A stretch of DNA of 54,633 nt from Verrucomicrobiia bacterium (lineage in GTDB: Bacteria; Verrucomicrobiota; Verrucomicrobiia; Chthoniobacterales; UBA6821). The notes beneath the pieces were generated by a model. That model worked only from the letters and a program-made list of their open reading frames with translations, was not told the DNA's origin and did not search any database. Positions 39,816 to 50,434 of this stretch are shown one piece after another (position 1 is the stretch's first letter; each line of letters begins with the position of its first letter). Made by a program: the position numbers and the translations under genes. Location: contig JAPLTJ010000140.1 of NCBI GenBank assembly GCA_026398175.1, forward strand, positions 1-54,633. Direction: 5' to 3'.

Positions 39816-42059
39816 TTATCCAACCTGCATCATATGAGGCAGAGCTGTCGACCAAGTGTGATGGAGCGTGCGCGTGTTCCATTCATACTTAACGCCATCA
39901 GCTTCGATCGAAAGTTCAGGAGCTTCCGTGACAACGCCGAGCCGATGGAATGGGTTTCCGGAGTCGCTCAGGATTTTTTCAACATGATCTGCTTTTGCGG
40001 CAGGTGTTGAAAAAATAATGCGGCCTGAGCTTTCATTGAAAAGAGCCACATCGGGACGTAGTCCTGTTTTTCCTAGAGAGATGCTTGCGCCTAACAGCGG
40101 AGCATCTTTTGATTTTTTAAAACACGATTCGGAAATTGTCACCGCTAGGCCGCCTTCGGAACAATCATGCGCGCTGCGAACGAGGTCAGCGCGAATCAAG
40201 GTCAACAGCTGGTTGTTGATTTTTTTCTCGTGCTCAAAATCAATGCGCGGCGGAAGCCCTTCTTTTCTGCCTTGCGAGACCAAGAGATAATGCGAGCCTC
40301 CCAATTCATCGCCCAAATTTCCTAACAAGAAAATAACATCGCCCGCTTCTTTAAAATAAGAAGTCGTGATATGAGCGCGATCATCGATGAGCCCAACGAC
40401 TGCGACAGTTGGAGTTGGATCAATCGAGGAGTGCTGACTTTCATTGTAGAGACTGACGTTTCCGCCAGTGACTGGGATATCAAAAGCGAGACATCCTTCG
40501 GAGATCCCTTCAACGGCAGCGCGGAGCTGATAAAAACTTTCTGGCTTATGCGGGTTGCCAAAGTTCAAGTTGTCCGTTAGCCCAATCGAAGTTGCTCCTG
40601 AACAAGCTAGATTGCGAGCGGCTTCGGCAACAGCGGCCTTGGCCCCTTCCTTCGGATCGAGCGAGCAGTAAATGGCATTGCAATCACTCGTCGCTGCTAA
40701 AAATTTATCAGCCTCGCGGAGGTAGAAAACAGCGGCATCAGAGCCTGGAGGGACGACCGTGCTGTTTTGAACCATGTAATCGTATTGGCGCCAAACCCAA
40801 TGCTTCGAAGCAATGCTCGGATGAGCCAAGAGCAAGAGGAGGGTTGATTGAACATCAGCGCAAGGAAGAGAGGTCAAATCAAGCGGGGCTGGAGCTGTCC
40901 ATGGTGCGGCTTCACGCGAGTAAAGCGGGGCGTCGTCAGCCAAGGCACGCGCAGGGATTTCAACAACAACATCTTTTCCTTTTCTCACGCGCATCATTCC
41001 GTCATCGGTGACGCGTCCAATCAAGGCATAAGGGAGTTCCCACTTTTCAAAAATCTTTTTCACGGGGGCTTCTTGGCCTTCGTTCACGATCACGAGCATT
41101 CGTTCTTGTGATTCACTCAAAAGAATTTCGTAAGGCGTCAAATCGGCAGCGCGTTTGGGCACGAGATCTAAATCGATCTCCACGCCCGTGCCACCGCGGC
41201 TTGCTGTTTCACACGTTGAGCAGGTGAGGCCAGCGGCACCCATATCTTGAATGCCAGCAACGCAACCACTCGCAAGCAATTCGAGGCAGGCTTCGAGCAA
41301 AAGTTTTTCACGGAAAGGATCGCCAACTTGAACGGCAGGACGATCAGCTTTAGATTCTTCCGTCAATTCACGGGAAGCAAAGGCCGCCCCGGCAAGGCCA
41401 TCCCGTCCGGTTTCGGCGCCGACATAAAAAACGGGATTTCCGACGCCTTTGGCAGCGCCGCGAGCGATTTGTTCATGCCTCAGCGTGCCGAGGCAGAAGA
41501 CATTGACGAGCGGATTGCCGTTATAACTAGCATCAAAATAAATTTCACCGCCAATGGTGGGAACGCCGATACAATTTCCATAGTGCGAAATCCCAGCCGT
41601 AACCCCAGCGAGGAGACGACGATTAGTTCTTGCCTGCACGCTATCTCCTTCGATCGTTCCAAAGCGAAGCGAGTCGAGCAAGAACGCGGGACGAGCCCCC
41701 ATCGTAAAAATATCGCGAATGATGCCGCCGACACCGGTCGCAGCCCCTTGAAACGGCTCGATGGCGCTCGGATGATTGTGACTCTCAATTTTAAAACAGA
41801 CAGCCCAACCGTCGCCAACATCGATGACGCCTGCATTTTCTTCACCTGCTTTGACTAAAACTTTTTCGCCTGTCGTTGGGAATTTGCGCAACTCTGGACG
41901 GGAGTTTTTGTAGGAACAATGTTCACTCCACATGACAGAGAAGACACCGAGTTCTTCTAAGCTTGGCTCACGTCCAAGGATGGAAAGAATTTTTTGATAC
42001 TCGTCGGGAGTCAAGCCGTGTTCGGCGATGAGATCTGGAGTGATGGTGGAAGAAGGCAT
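39816..42059 (-). CDS. purL: FGAM synthase subunit PurL
   Basis: [40 protein letters not shown]. Confidence 0.98.
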   Translation of the reverse strand: MPSSTITPDLIAEHGLTPDEYQKILSILGREPSLEELGVFSVMWSEHCSYKNSRPELRKFPTTGEKVLVKAGEENAGVIDVGDGWAVCFKIESHNHPSAIEPFQGAATGVGGIIRDIFTMGARPAFLLDSLRFGTIEGDSVQARTNRRLLAGVTAGISHYGNCIGVPTIGGEIYFDASYNGNPLVNVFCLGTLRHEQIARGAAKGVGNPVFYVGAETGRDGLAGAAFASRELTEESKADRPAVQVGDPFREKLLLEACLELLASGCVAGIQDMGAAGLTCSTCETASRGGTGVEIDLDLVPKRAADLTPYEILLSESQERMLVIVNEGQEAPVKKIFEKWELPYALIGRVTDDGMMRVRKGKDVVVEIPARALADDAPLYSREAAPWTAPAPLDLTSLPCADVQSTLLLLLAHPSIASKHWVWRQYDYMVQNSTVVPPGSDAAVFYLREADKFLAATSDCNAIYCSLDPKEGAKAAVAEAARNLACSGATSIGLTDNLNFGNPHKPESFYQLRAAVEGISEGCLAFDIPVTGGNVSLYNESQHSSIDPTPTVAVVGLIDDRAHITTSYFKEAGDVIFLLGNLGDELGGSHYLLVSQGRKEGLPPRIDFEHEKKINNQLLTLIRADLVRSAHDCSEGGLAVTISESCFKKSKDAPLLGASISLGKTGLRPDVALFNESSGRIIFSTPAAKADHVEKILSDSGNPFHRLGVVTEAPELSIEADGVKYEWNTRTLHHTWSTALPHMMQVG

Positions 42060-42065
42060 GAGGCA

Positions 42066-42225
42066 GTGAAGAGTGAAGAGTAAAGAGTAAAGGGTGAAGA
42101 GTAATTTTTAGATCAAAACAAACCAGTAATGAGAAGGCGTATTTTTATAAGATATGATTTTAGAAAAACAAAACTTAGTAAGTTGCAATTTCGGTACTCT
42201 TAACCCGTTACTCTTCACTCTTTAC
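42066..42225. repeat. Element with inverted heptamer arms
   Basis: GTGAAGA/GTAAAGA array ... TTACTCTTCACTCTTTAC; overlaps the purQ stop. Confidence 0.85.
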
Positions 42226-42909
42226 TTTCCAGTCCAGCATGGACTGGAAAATAAATCGTCCATCGATGCCTCCGAGAAGGGCTTCACAGGCTCGTTCTGG
42301 ATGAGGCATGAGCCCGATAATATTTCGTTGGCGATTGCAAATACCAGCGATATTTTCCATGGAGCCGTTGGGATTGGCAGCAGTTGTGAGTTCGCCCTGG
42401 TCGTCACAGTAGCGGAAAAGAATTTGGTGATGCTCTTCCAATTCTTTCAATGTTTTTTCATCAGCGGTGTAGCACCCTTCACCGTGAGCGATCGGGAGGC
42501 GAAGCAGCTGACCAGGAGTACACTTGTTCGTGAAAGGAGTCGCATTTTCTTCAACCCGCAGAATGACTGATTCACAGCGGAAGAGGAGCTTGCGATTGCG
42601 AATCAAGGTGCCAGGAAGAAATCCAGCTTCGCAAAGAATTTGAAAACCGTTGCAGATGCCGAGGATCAATTTTCCTTGGTCAGCGGCTTGTTGAACTGCT
42701 TTCATGATCGGAGAAAAACGAGCAATGGCACCGCAGCGGAGGTAGTCACCATAAGAAAACCCACCGGGAAGAATGATAACATCAAAGCCTTCAGCGCTTG
42801 TTTCCTGGTGCCAGACGAGCTCTGCGGTAACATCTGGAAAGGAACGTAGCGCAACAAGACAATCGTTGTCGCAATTAGATCCGGGGAATTGAAGAACAGC
42901 GACGCGCAT
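42208..42909 (-). CDS. purQ: FGAM synthase subunit PurQ
   Basis: [30 protein letters not shown]. Confidence 0.98.
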   Translation of the reverse strand: MRVAVLQFPGSNCDNDCLVALRSFPDVTAELVWHQETSAEGFDVIILPGGFSYGDYLRCGAIARFSPIMKAVQQAADQGKLILGICNGFQILCEAGFLPGTLIRNRKLLFRCESVILRVEENATPFTNKCTPGQLLRLPIAHGEGCYTADEKTLKELEEHHQILFRYCDDQGELTTAANPNGSMENIAGICNRQRNIIGLMPHPERACEALLGGIDGRFIFQSMLDWKVKSEE

Positions 42910-42911
42910 GA

Positions 42912-43142
42912 TTAGGAAAGAATCTCTAGTTGATAATCTTCAATGACAGGATTGGAAAGAAGGTCGCGGCAAATTTGATGGAGCTGCTCTTTGGTCATTC
43001 CATCAATGTCGAGATCGATTGATTTTCCAATGCGAACTGAGCGAACGCCACTGATTCCGAGATGTCCAATGGCTTGTGCCGTCGCAACGCCTGCTGGATC
43101 AAGGACAGCGGCCTGGGGCATAATAGTGACACGTGCTTTCAT
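42912..43142 (-). CDS. purS: FGAM synthase subunit PurS
   Basis: VLDP.G, VRIGK, LLSNPVIEDY. Confidence 0.95.
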   Translation of the reverse strand: MKARVTIMPQAAVLDPAGVATAQAIGHLGISGVRSVRIGKSIDLDIDGMTKEQLHQICRDLLSNPVIEDYQLEILS

Positions 43143-43258
43143 AGAGTAATTAAAATCGCTGACAGGAGCTCAACCGACAAGATTAAAATAAGGCTTTAAA
43201 AATTATTACAATAAAAAAACAATCTTGCTTGGCACTCCACAAAAATTATGGTAGTACC

Positions 43259-43438
43259 ATGAGCTCTAATAATATGGTTCTTGAAATAGAAAAAGCTATC
43301 GAGCGTTTGCCTGTTGAAAAAGTAAAAGAAATTTCAATTTGGCTAGATGAATATCAAACAATGTTAGCCTCTTCGGAGGCTATCTTTATGGTATACGAAG
43401 AGGAGGAAAGAAATGGCTCTGCAGGCTCAGCGAGGTGA
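43259..43438 (+). CDS. Putative antitoxin
   Basis: Small acidic ORF overlapping a downstream PemK/MazF toxin. Confidence 0.65.
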   Translation: MSSNNMVLEIEKAIERLPVEKVKEISIWLDEYQTMLASSEAIFMVYEEEERNGSAGSAR

Positions 43439-43730
43439 ACCCTGGATGGCAGACCTTGGTTTTGTTGCCAAAGTTCGTCCTGTTTTAATTTTGAGTGTTC
43501 GTTACCAATATAATGAACGAGCTGTTGTTACTTATGTGTGCCGGACGACCAGCATTCGGGGAACGCAATATGAAGTGCCTCATCAATCACGGAATATGCT
43601 CTCAGGTGTTTTTGATGCCCAAGGTATTTCTTCGATTCCCAATGTAAAATTGGAACGTCGTTTGAGCATGGTTGATTCAGGCACTCTTGAAAAAGTTGAG
43701 GAGGCTGTTCGTTCTTGGTTGAACCTTTAG
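43413..43730 (+). CDS. PemK/MazF-family toxin
   Basis: RGE.W.ADLG..AK.RP.LILS...TT motif. Confidence 0.88.
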   Translation: MALQAQRGEPWMADLGFVAKVRPVLILSVRYQYNERAVVTYVCRTTSIRGTQYEVPHQSRNMLSGVFDAQGISSIPNVKLERRLSMVDSGTLEKVEEAVRSWLNL

Positions 43731-43799
43731 ATCTGGTCCAAAAAGATGACGATCTTTGTTGAGCCTCCAGCCTTCAGCCTTTAACCTTCAGTCTATCCT

Positions 43800-44870
43800 A
43801 TGAAACCTGAATCCCGCACTTTTCTTAAAAACCTCCTCGAAACCCCCTCTCCTTCTGGCTTTGAAACCCATGGGCAAAAGCTCTGGGTCGATTATGTCAA
43901 ACCGTTTGCTGATCGCGTGGAAGTCGATGCCTACGGCAATGCCTTTGCTACGATTAATCCCGAGGGGTCGCCTAAAATTCTTTTGGCCGGACATGTGGAT
44001 GAAATCGGAATGATGATTTCTTACATCTCGGATGAAGGATTTCTTTATTTCAAAGGCATCGGAGGGATTGATCAGACGCTGGTGCGCGGGCAACGTGTCA
44101 TGGTTCATGGAGAAAAAGGAGCCGTTCCTGGGGTGACCGGACTTCTTGCGATTCATTTGCAAGAACCCGATGATCGTAAAAAAGTGCCGCCGCTTCATGA
44201 GATGTATATCGACATTGGCGCTTCCTCTCGCAAGGAAGCAGAGAAGCTCGTGAGCGTTGGAGATGCGGTGACCTACGCTGCTGGTTTTCAAGAGCTCGCT
44301 GGAGGACGCTTTGCCGCGCGGGGCTGTGACAATCGCATCGGTGCCTGGGCTGCCGCAGAGGCGCTGCGCCTAGTAGCCAAAGATCGAAAAAATTTAAAAG
44401 CCTGCGTTGTCGCTCTTTCTACGATTCAAGAAGAAAACGGACTCTACGGAGCCACGATGGCCGGCTATAGCATTCATCCCGATGTTGCGTTGGTCGTCGA
44501 TGTCACGCATGCCACCGACATTCCAAATTGCTCGAAGCCAAAATTTGGCGAAGTAAAACTCGGCAAGGGGCCAGTACTCAGCATTGGAAGCTCCAACCAT
44601 CCGGTCGTGAACGAGCGTCTACGTGGCGTTGCAAAAAAGGCAAAGATCGATCTGCAAGTGGAGACCAATCCTCGCTGGACCGGCACCGATGCCGATGCGA
44701 TTTTTTCTCAAAAGGGTGGCATTCCAACAACATCGATTGGCGTCCCCAATCGCTACATGCACTCACCCGTCGAGATGATTCAATCTTCGGATCTTCAAGA
44801 AACAGCCGAGCTACTAGCGGCGTTCTCATTGAGCGTGAAGAGAGGTGAAAAATTTGGTGTCAAACTTTAG
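43800..44870 (+). CDS. M42-family metallopeptidase
   Basis: PSPSGFE, GHVDEIG, DNRIG, QEE, VDVTHATD, RYMHSP. Confidence 0.93.
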   Translation: MKPESRTFLKNLLETPSPSGFETHGQKLWVDYVKPFADRVEVDAYGNAFATINPEGSPKILLAGHVDEIGMMISYISDEGFLYFKGIGGIDQTLVRGQRVMVHGEKGAVPGVTGLLAIHLQEPDDRKKVPPLHEMYIDIGASSRKEAEKLVSVGDAVTYAAGFQELAGGRFAARGCDNRIGAWAAAEALRLVAKDRKNLKACVVALSTIQEENGLYGATMAGYSIHPDVALVVDVTHATDIPNCSKPKFGEVKLGKGPVLSIGSSNHPVVNERLRGVAKKAKIDLQVETNPRWTGTDADAIFSQKGGIPTTSIGVPNRYMHSPVEMIQSSDLQETAELLAAFSLSVKRGEKFGVKL

Positions 44871-44891
44871 GATAGCTGCTTTGCAGCTATC
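44871..44891. terminator. Hairpin between convergent genes
   Basis: GATAGCTGC-TTT-GCAGCTATC; a similar TAGCTGC hairpin lies at 39797-39815. Confidence 0.5.
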
Positions 44892-46464
44892 CTTCTGCTC
44901 CAGGAGCGGCCAAGGCCTGTTCCCGTTCCTCGCGTTTCTTGTAGGAGATGCGGCTGTGAAGCATTCCCAAGAGAGAGAGGACAATCGTATCGGTAACGAG
45001 GTGGAGTTCTTTCATCGTGATGTCACACTCATCGTACTGTCCATCATGCAAGCGTTCTTCGAGCAGATCATGAACAAGGTCATCGAGCCGTTGAGGCGTT
45101 GGTTTTTCCACGCTCCGAGAGGCGCTCTCTGCCGCATCGGCGAGGCCAATGATGGCGGCTTCTTTGGATTGAGGCTTCGGGCCCGGATAGCGAAAATTTT
45201 CGGCAGCGAGGTCAGGAATGTCTTGAGGACGAAGATTCATCATTTTTCCACCGAGGCGTGCATCTTCCTGTTGTTGCTGTGCACGCTGGAAAAAATAACG
45301 AATCATCGTCGTGCCATGATGTTGGCGAATGATGTCGATGATGCGCAGCGGAAGTTTGTTTTTTAAAGCGAGATCGACCCCTTCTTTGATGTGAGCGGAG
45401 ATGATCAGCGCGCTCATCGTCGGAGTGAGTGAGTCGTGAGGATTTTTTTCGGAGGAAATATTTTCAGTGAAATATTCTGGTTTGACCAATTTTCCAATGT
45501 CGTGAAAATAAGCGCCCACGCGGCAGATGGTCGTGTTGGCGCCGATGGCTTCTGCAGCTGGTTCTGCAAGTTGAGCCAAGGCAATACTATGTTGGTAGGT
45601 TCCTGGAGCTTCAACCGATAGACGGCGCAAGAGTGGATGATTTAAATCAGACATCTCGAGCCAGGAGATATCGGTCTTGATGCGGAAGACCGATTCCAAG
45701 ATTGGCAAGAGGCCACTGACTACAACCGCTGTGCAGAGGCCGCTTCCCACGGCGGTCATGCTTTGAAAAAAGAGGAGCGACCAAGGAATGTCTTTGACCG
45801 TGGCGCCTTCAAGGGGCCCCAGTCTTCCAAAAATTATAGCAAGAATGCCCGCCGCAACGCCGCTATAAATTCCAGCGCGGATGATGAGAGAACGACGGCG
45901 AACGTGGCGAGTAGCAACAACCGCCACCAAGCCGGTGATCAACGAAGTAATCATGAATAGCGGATGCGAGCCGCTAAAAAGAAAAGCAATCCAGAGGCTG
46001 CCGAAGAGCGTTGCGAAAAGGCCTTCACTTTTTCCGAGCAAGACGGAGAGGGCCAGCGGGGCAAAGGCGTACGGGAGAAGGAAAGGAACTACATTGGTGT
46101 AGAGTGTATCGTGGGCTCCGTGGAGGAGTAGAAATTTTAAAAGGACTCCTTGCGTGAGGAGGGCTCCAAAGACCAATGCCAAGCGTGAGTTGCTACGTAA
46201 GACCTCCGAACCGCTGATCCAAAGGTGTCCCAGCGCTGCCACAAAAATAAAAAGCGTGAGGCAAACACGCTGCGGGACAAAAGGATCTCTCCCATAAAAA
46301 TCGAGTACGCCAAATCCAATTCCAATCGCAATCAGGAGTAAGAGTTGGATGATCTTTGCTTTTTCTAGGAGGCGCAAAAATCTATTCCGCTCCACGCGAC
46401 GTCTGGTCTTGCCACAGGCAAGACCGCGAGCTGCTAACTGACGATGTTCAAAATATTTGACCAT
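44887..46464 (-). CDS. Membrane HD-domain phosphohydrolase (7TM-HD, PgpH-like)
   Basis: TM region; APGTYQHS, HDIGK, QHHGT, RYPGPKP; downstream of phoH. Confidence 0.9.
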   Translation of the reverse strand: MVKYFEHRQLAARGLACGKTRRRVERNRFLRLLEKAKIIQLLLLIAIGIGFGVLDFYGRDPFVPQRVCLTLFIFVAALGHLWISGSEVLRSNSRLALVFGALLTQGVLLKFLLLHGAHDTLYTNVVPFLLPYAFAPLALSVLLGKSEGLFATLFGSLWIAFLFSGSHPLFMITSLITGLVAVVATRHVRRRSLIIRAGIYSGVAAGILAIIFGRLGPLEGATVKDIPWSLLFFQSMTAVGSGLCTAVVVSGLLPILESVFRIKTDISWLEMSDLNHPLLRRLSVEAPGTYQHSIALAQLAEPAAEAIGANTTICRVGAYFHDIGKLVKPEYFTENISSEKNPHDSLTPTMSALIISAHIKEGVDLALKNKLPLRIIDIIRQHHGTTMIRYFFQRAQQQQEDARLGGKMMNLRPQDIPDLAAENFRYPGPKPQSKEAAIIGLADAAESASRSVEKPTPQRLDDLVHDLLEERLHDGQYDECDITMKELHLVTDTIVLSLLGMLHSRISYKKREEREQALAAPGAEG

Positions 46465-46538
46465 GGAATTTATTCTAAAGAACGCTGATTTAAAAAAGAG
46501 ATTTTATTTTTGTTTGAGATCTAAAGCAAATACAGGCA

Positions 46539-46695
46539 AGTAAAGAGTAAAGGGTAAAGAGGGAAGAGTATTTTTTGATCGTTAATAAAATTAACATCTC
46601 GGAGTTCACATCTTAACAGAATTTATTTTTTAGAAAAAGTGATCATAGAAAAATTTGTCTCAGTACTCGTTACCCTTTACTCTTCACTCTTTACT
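46539..46695. repeat. Element with inverted heptamer arms
   Basis: AGTAAAGAGTAAAGGGTAAAGAG...TTACCCTTTACTCTTCACTCTTTAC; overlaps the phoH stop. Confidence 0.85.
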
Positions 46696-47664
46696 TCTTC
46701 CCCGCTGCTTCTGATACGCCTTAATGATAGTTTGAACGAGAGAATGTCGCACGACGTCCTTGTCTGTAAAATAGTGAAAACCAATGGAGGGTGTTTTTTT
46801 CAAAATAGCAACCGCTTCGAGGAGGCCGCTCGGTTTGTTTTTAGGCAAATCAATTTGCGTGCTATCACCCGTGATGATGCAACGCGAGCCTCGCCCGATG
46901 CGAGTGAGGAACATGAACATCTGTTCGGTGGTAGTGTTTTGAGCTTCATCCAAAATAATAAAAGCATTATTCAAGGTGCGTCCTCGCATGTAGGCTAGCG
47001 GCGCAATCTCGACGATGTTTTTGTCAATATAGCGCTGGATTTCTTCTGGCTCTAACATCTCGTGCAAGGCGTCATAGAGAGGACGGAGATAAGGAAATAT
47101 TTTTTCCTGTAGGACGCCCGGAAGAAACCCCAAAGCCTCGCCAGCTTCTACAGCAGGACGTGTTAAAATAATGCGGCTCACTTTTTCTTGCTTCAAAGCA
47201 GAGACCGCTTTCGCCACCGCGAGGTAGGTTTTTCCAGTTCCTGCTGGGCCCAACCCAAAAGTGATATCGTGTTGATCGATCTGCTCGATGTAAGCGTGTT
47301 GCGATTCTGTCTGCGCGATGACGGGAGGTTTGCGTGGAGAACAAAAAATGCGATCGCGTGCCTTTGGCTCTGAATCAAAAGCTGACTGATGAAGAGCATC
47401 TAAAAAATCATAGGGACCGATGACCGTGTCTCGTTGGTCGAGTTGCTGAAGGTGATTGAAAGTCCAGGCAGCACGCTTGATGGCAGCGGAAGAGCCTACA
47501 AAGCGGATCCAACCATCACGCGTGGTTACCGTAATAGCGAGGACTTCTTCCATCGTGCGGAGCAACTTTTCATCATCATGATAGAGATTGCGCAGCAGAC
47601 GCGGATCGTCGAATTCTAGGGTGAACGATTTCTGCGCTGGGGGCTGGAGGCTGGAGGAATTCAC
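46684..47664 (-). CDS. phoH: PhoH-family ATPase
   Basis: GPAGTGKT, TRPAVEAGE, APLAYMRGRTL, LDEAQN. Confidence 0.95.
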   Translation of the reverse strand: MNSSSLQPPAQKSFTLEFDDPRLLRNLYHDDEKLLRTMEEVLAITVTTRDGWIRFVGSSAAIKRAAWTFNHLQQLDQRDTVIGPYDFLDALHQSAFDSEPKARDRIFCSPRKPPVIAQTESQHAYIEQIDQHDITFGLGPAGTGKTYLAVAKAVSALKQEKVSRIILTRPAVEAGEALGFLPGVLQEKIFPYLRPLYDALHEMLEPEEIQRYIDKNIVEIAPLAYMRGRTLNNAFIILDEAQNTTTEQMFMFLTRIGRGSRCIITGDSTQIDLPKNKPSGLLEAVAILKKTPSIGFHYFTDKDVVRHSLVQTIIKAYQKQRGRSKE

Positions 47665-47810
47665 AGGGATGGAAGGGATAAAAGCAAAAAGATTAACCGC
47701 TAAATTCGCTAAAAGGCGCTAAACATAGAGCTGGCCAGAGGGCCGCTGGATTAAATGCCGAAGGCAGTCGATCCGGCGGCTGCCACGCAGCACGTATTCT
47801 GTGAATTTCT

Positions 47811-48290
47811 TCACTTCTTCACCTTGTCTTTATATCCATAGACGAGCGCCCAATGAGTTCTCTCTTCCGGAGATTGGTGAATTTGAACAATGGCAAAATA
47901 GGTGCCCGTGTTTTTAGGAATGATGTAAGCACCAGCAGCGCTGAAATGTTTTTTATCATTCGGTTTTTGCCAGCTTTCCGTCTCGGCTAATTTTCCCTCT
48001 TCGTCATAGAGGTGAACCGAGACGACAGCTGTTTTGACGTCCGAGCCCAAGACAAACCAATATTCATTTCCTTTGAAAAGTTGAGCCGTAACGGCTTGAC
48101 TATCGTTGACTCCTAGATCGCCGCCCCAAGCATCTTTACGGAAAGCGTACTGCTTGTGATAGGGCAAGGCTGCTTCGTAAGCAAACGAGAGTGCATCATC
48201 AACCGTGGCTTTAACAACGGCAATAGTCGCCATCATCCCTGCCAGAAAAAGAAGGGATCGAGTAAAACGGAATGGAAGATGCGATCTCAC
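47811..48290 (-). CDS. Hypothetical secreted protein
   Basis: Signal peptide; operon-like with neighbours. Confidence 0.75.
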   Translation of the reverse strand: MRSHLPFRFTRSLLFLAGMMATIAVVKATVDDALSFAYEAALPYHKQYAFRKDAWGGDLGVNDSQAVTAQLFKGNEYWFVLGSDVKTAVVSVHLYDEEGKLAETESWQKPNDKKHFSAAGAYIIPKNTGTYFAIVQIHQSPEERTHWALVYGYKDKVKK

Positions 48291-48294
48291 AAAA

Positions 48295-49173
48295 TTAAGA
48301 AGTCTTATTAATGAGGGCCACTATTTCACTAGTCAAGCTGTGAATTTTTTGAATCTTCTCTCGGGTAATAACATGATTTTTTTCCTTAATGATCGGTGTG
48401 ATTTCATCTAATACTTTTTCGATACGGAAGACCAAAATATTTTTGCGAAGTCGTGGAGACATGCCATTAATGGAGCGTTTAAAATAGCGAACGAGTTCTG
48501 GCTGATGGAGTAGTTCTGCGCCATCGGAAGTATACTTATCATCGACGATGGCGGTGAGGACATCGGTGCCACGGAGCCATCCGCCAAGACTGACCAATTG
48601 AGCCAAATTTCTATCGTTCATTTCATTCATGGCTGCTTGGACATCACTGCGTGCTCGGTCAAACTCCGAGCGAACGCCACGCCAATCGCGGGCATCGGCC
48701 TTTTGAATGATGCTCTTACTGTGAGAGATGACGGCCTTGCGAACGTTCACTGCTTCAGCAAGTGAAAGGACGTCGCGACCCAAGTCTTTCACGCGTTCCG
48801 CATCTTCGGCTTCCACGGCAACGAATCCTTCCGCAATGACAGAGCCCAAAAGCAGGGCAATTTGGGAGGGTTCTTCCGGTGTTCGTGTTTTATTCACACG
48901 AAGTTGAGCTTTCCAATTGGGATTACCCAACTTGTCGAGCACCGAAAAAATTTCACTTGGGACAGGAACAACAACATCATCCACAGAGTCAGCAGGAAAG
49001 TCAGCAAGGTTCAGCGATAGTGGGGGTGAACTCGCTTGTTGTGCGGCAGTCTGCTTTGCGGGAGCAGCTGGAGCGATAGGTTGTGGCAACGGTGTCTGTT
49101 CGGACGTTGCTAACAAATGAGTGAGCGAGGCCAGAAAAAATGATAAGAAATTTTTTTTCATGGAATGGCACAA
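48295..49173 (-). CDS. Hypothetical secreted helical protein
   Basis: Signal-like N-terminus, Pro/Ala linker, LVSLGGWL motif. Confidence 0.75.
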   Translation of the reverse strand: MCHSMKKNFLSFFLASLTHLLATSEQTPLPQPIAPAAPAKQTAAQQASSPPLSLNLADFPADSVDDVVVPVPSEIFSVLDKLGNPNWKAQLRVNKTRTPEEPSQIALLLGSVIAEGFVAVEAEDAERVKDLGRDVLSLAEAVNVRKAVISHSKSIIQKADARDWRGVRSEFDRARSDVQAAMNEMNDRNLAQLVSLGGWLRGTDVLTAIVDDKYTSDGAELLHQPELVRYFKRSINGMSPRLRKNILVFRIEKVLDEITPIIKEKNHVITREKIQKIHSLTSEIVALINKTS

Positions 49174-49182
49174 CTATAGGCA

Positions 49183-49259
49183 AGTGAAGAGTAAAGAGTA
49201 AAGAGCGAAGGGAGCGTGGTCTTCACTCTTTACCCTTTACTCATTACCCTTTACTCTTC
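49183..49259. repeat. Heptamer-arm inverted element with a short spacer
   Basis: AGTGAAGAGTAAAGAGTAAAGAG...TCTTCACTCTTTACCCTTTACTC. Confidence 0.85.
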
Positions 49260-49264
49260 CCTCG

Positions 49265-50266
49265 ATGGATTCCAAAAGATTACAACACATTCTAACGCAC
49301 GCTTCTCAAAAAAAGATCCTCGTTCTAGGGGATCTGATGTTAGATGAATTTGTTTGGGGGAATGTGATGCGCATCTCTCCAGAAGCGCCAGTTCCGGTCG
49401 TTGAGGTTCAGCGAGAATCGAGTTATCCTGGAGGCGCTGCGAACGTCGCGCGAAATTTGAGGCAATTTTGCAATGAGGTGCATGTGCTGGGGAGCATTGG
49501 TTGTGATCGTGCTGGGGAAAAATTGACATCGCTGATGGATGAAGAGGGATTGCAGACGGATGGTTTGATTGCGATGGAAGAGACGCCGACAATTGTGAAA
49601 ACACGGATCATTGCGCAGCATCAGCAAGTCGTCCGGGTTGATCGTGAAAAAAAAATGTCGCCTACTTCTGAAATGTTGCAAATAGCCATTGAACGCGCGG
49701 CCCAGCTCCTTCCTTGCGTTGACGCCATTCTTTTTGAAGATTATGGAAAAGGATTTTTGCAACAGGAGATCGTGGATGCCATTCTTCAGCAAGCCGCTGG
49801 CAAAATCATCACCTGCGACCCTCATCCTCAACACCCTCTCGCATGGCGTGGGCTCGATGTGATCAAACCGAATCGGACGGAGGCTTTTGCCGCAGTAGGA
49901 ATTCCGTGGGCCCCTCCAGTCACTCCTCCGCTTCAAGATCAAGCGCTCTTGTCCGTTGGGGAGAAGCTCCTGCAGCGATGGAGTTCCAAAGCACTCCTCA
50001 TCACGTTAGGAGAACAAGGGATGATGCTGTTCCGACAAGGTCATTCTCCCTATCACACGCCCACTCGAGCTCAAGAAATTTATGATGTCTCTGGAGCTGG
50101 TGATACGGCCATTGCGCTTTACACGGTGGGCCTCGTGGCAGGGGCCACGCCAGAAGAGGCTGCTGAACTCGCCAATCATGGTGCTGGCATCGTCGTCGGC
50201 AAACTGGGAACGGCCACTTGTTCGCCGGAAGAATTGACGGGAAGTTTTCTAAAAATCACGGAGTGA
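49265..50266 (+). CDS. rfaE1: Heptose-7-phosphate kinase (RfaE domain I)
   Basis: RISPEAPVPV, GGAANVA, DYGKG, DVSGAGDT. Confidence 0.93.
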   Translation: MDSKRLQHILTHASQKKILVLGDLMLDEFVWGNVMRISPEAPVPVVEVQRESSYPGGAANVARNLRQFCNEVHVLGSIGCDRAGEKLTSLMDEEGLQTDGLIAMEETPTIVKTRIIAQHQQVVRVDREKKMSPTSEMLQIAIERAAQLLPCVDAILFEDYGKGFLQQEIVDAILQQAAGKIITCDPHPQHPLAWRGLDVIKPNRTEAFAAVGIPWAPPVTPPLQDQALLSVGEKLLQRWSSKALLITLGEQGMMLFRQGHSPYHTPTRAQEIYDVSGAGDTAIALYTVGLVAGATPEEAAELANHGAGIVVGKLGTATCSPEELTGSFLKITE

Positions 50267-50281
50267 GGTTTTGGAAAAGAG

Positions 50282-50434
50282 ATTCACAGGGATGGAAGCG
50301 ATGGAAGGGATGTAAGAATTTTTATAAAGCAAAATAATAATTTCAAAAATGCCGTTAGCATTTCTTAAGATCTAATTTCCAAAAATCAAAAACTATTTTT
50401 TCCTATCCCTTCCATCGCTTCTATCCCTGTGAAT
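50282..50434. repeat. Element with inverted 9-mer arms (GGGATGGAA family)
   Basis: ATTCACAGGGATGGAAGCGATGGAAGGGAT / ATCCCTTCCATCGCTTCTATCCCTGTGAAT; a single arm also at ~47660. Confidence 0.88.
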
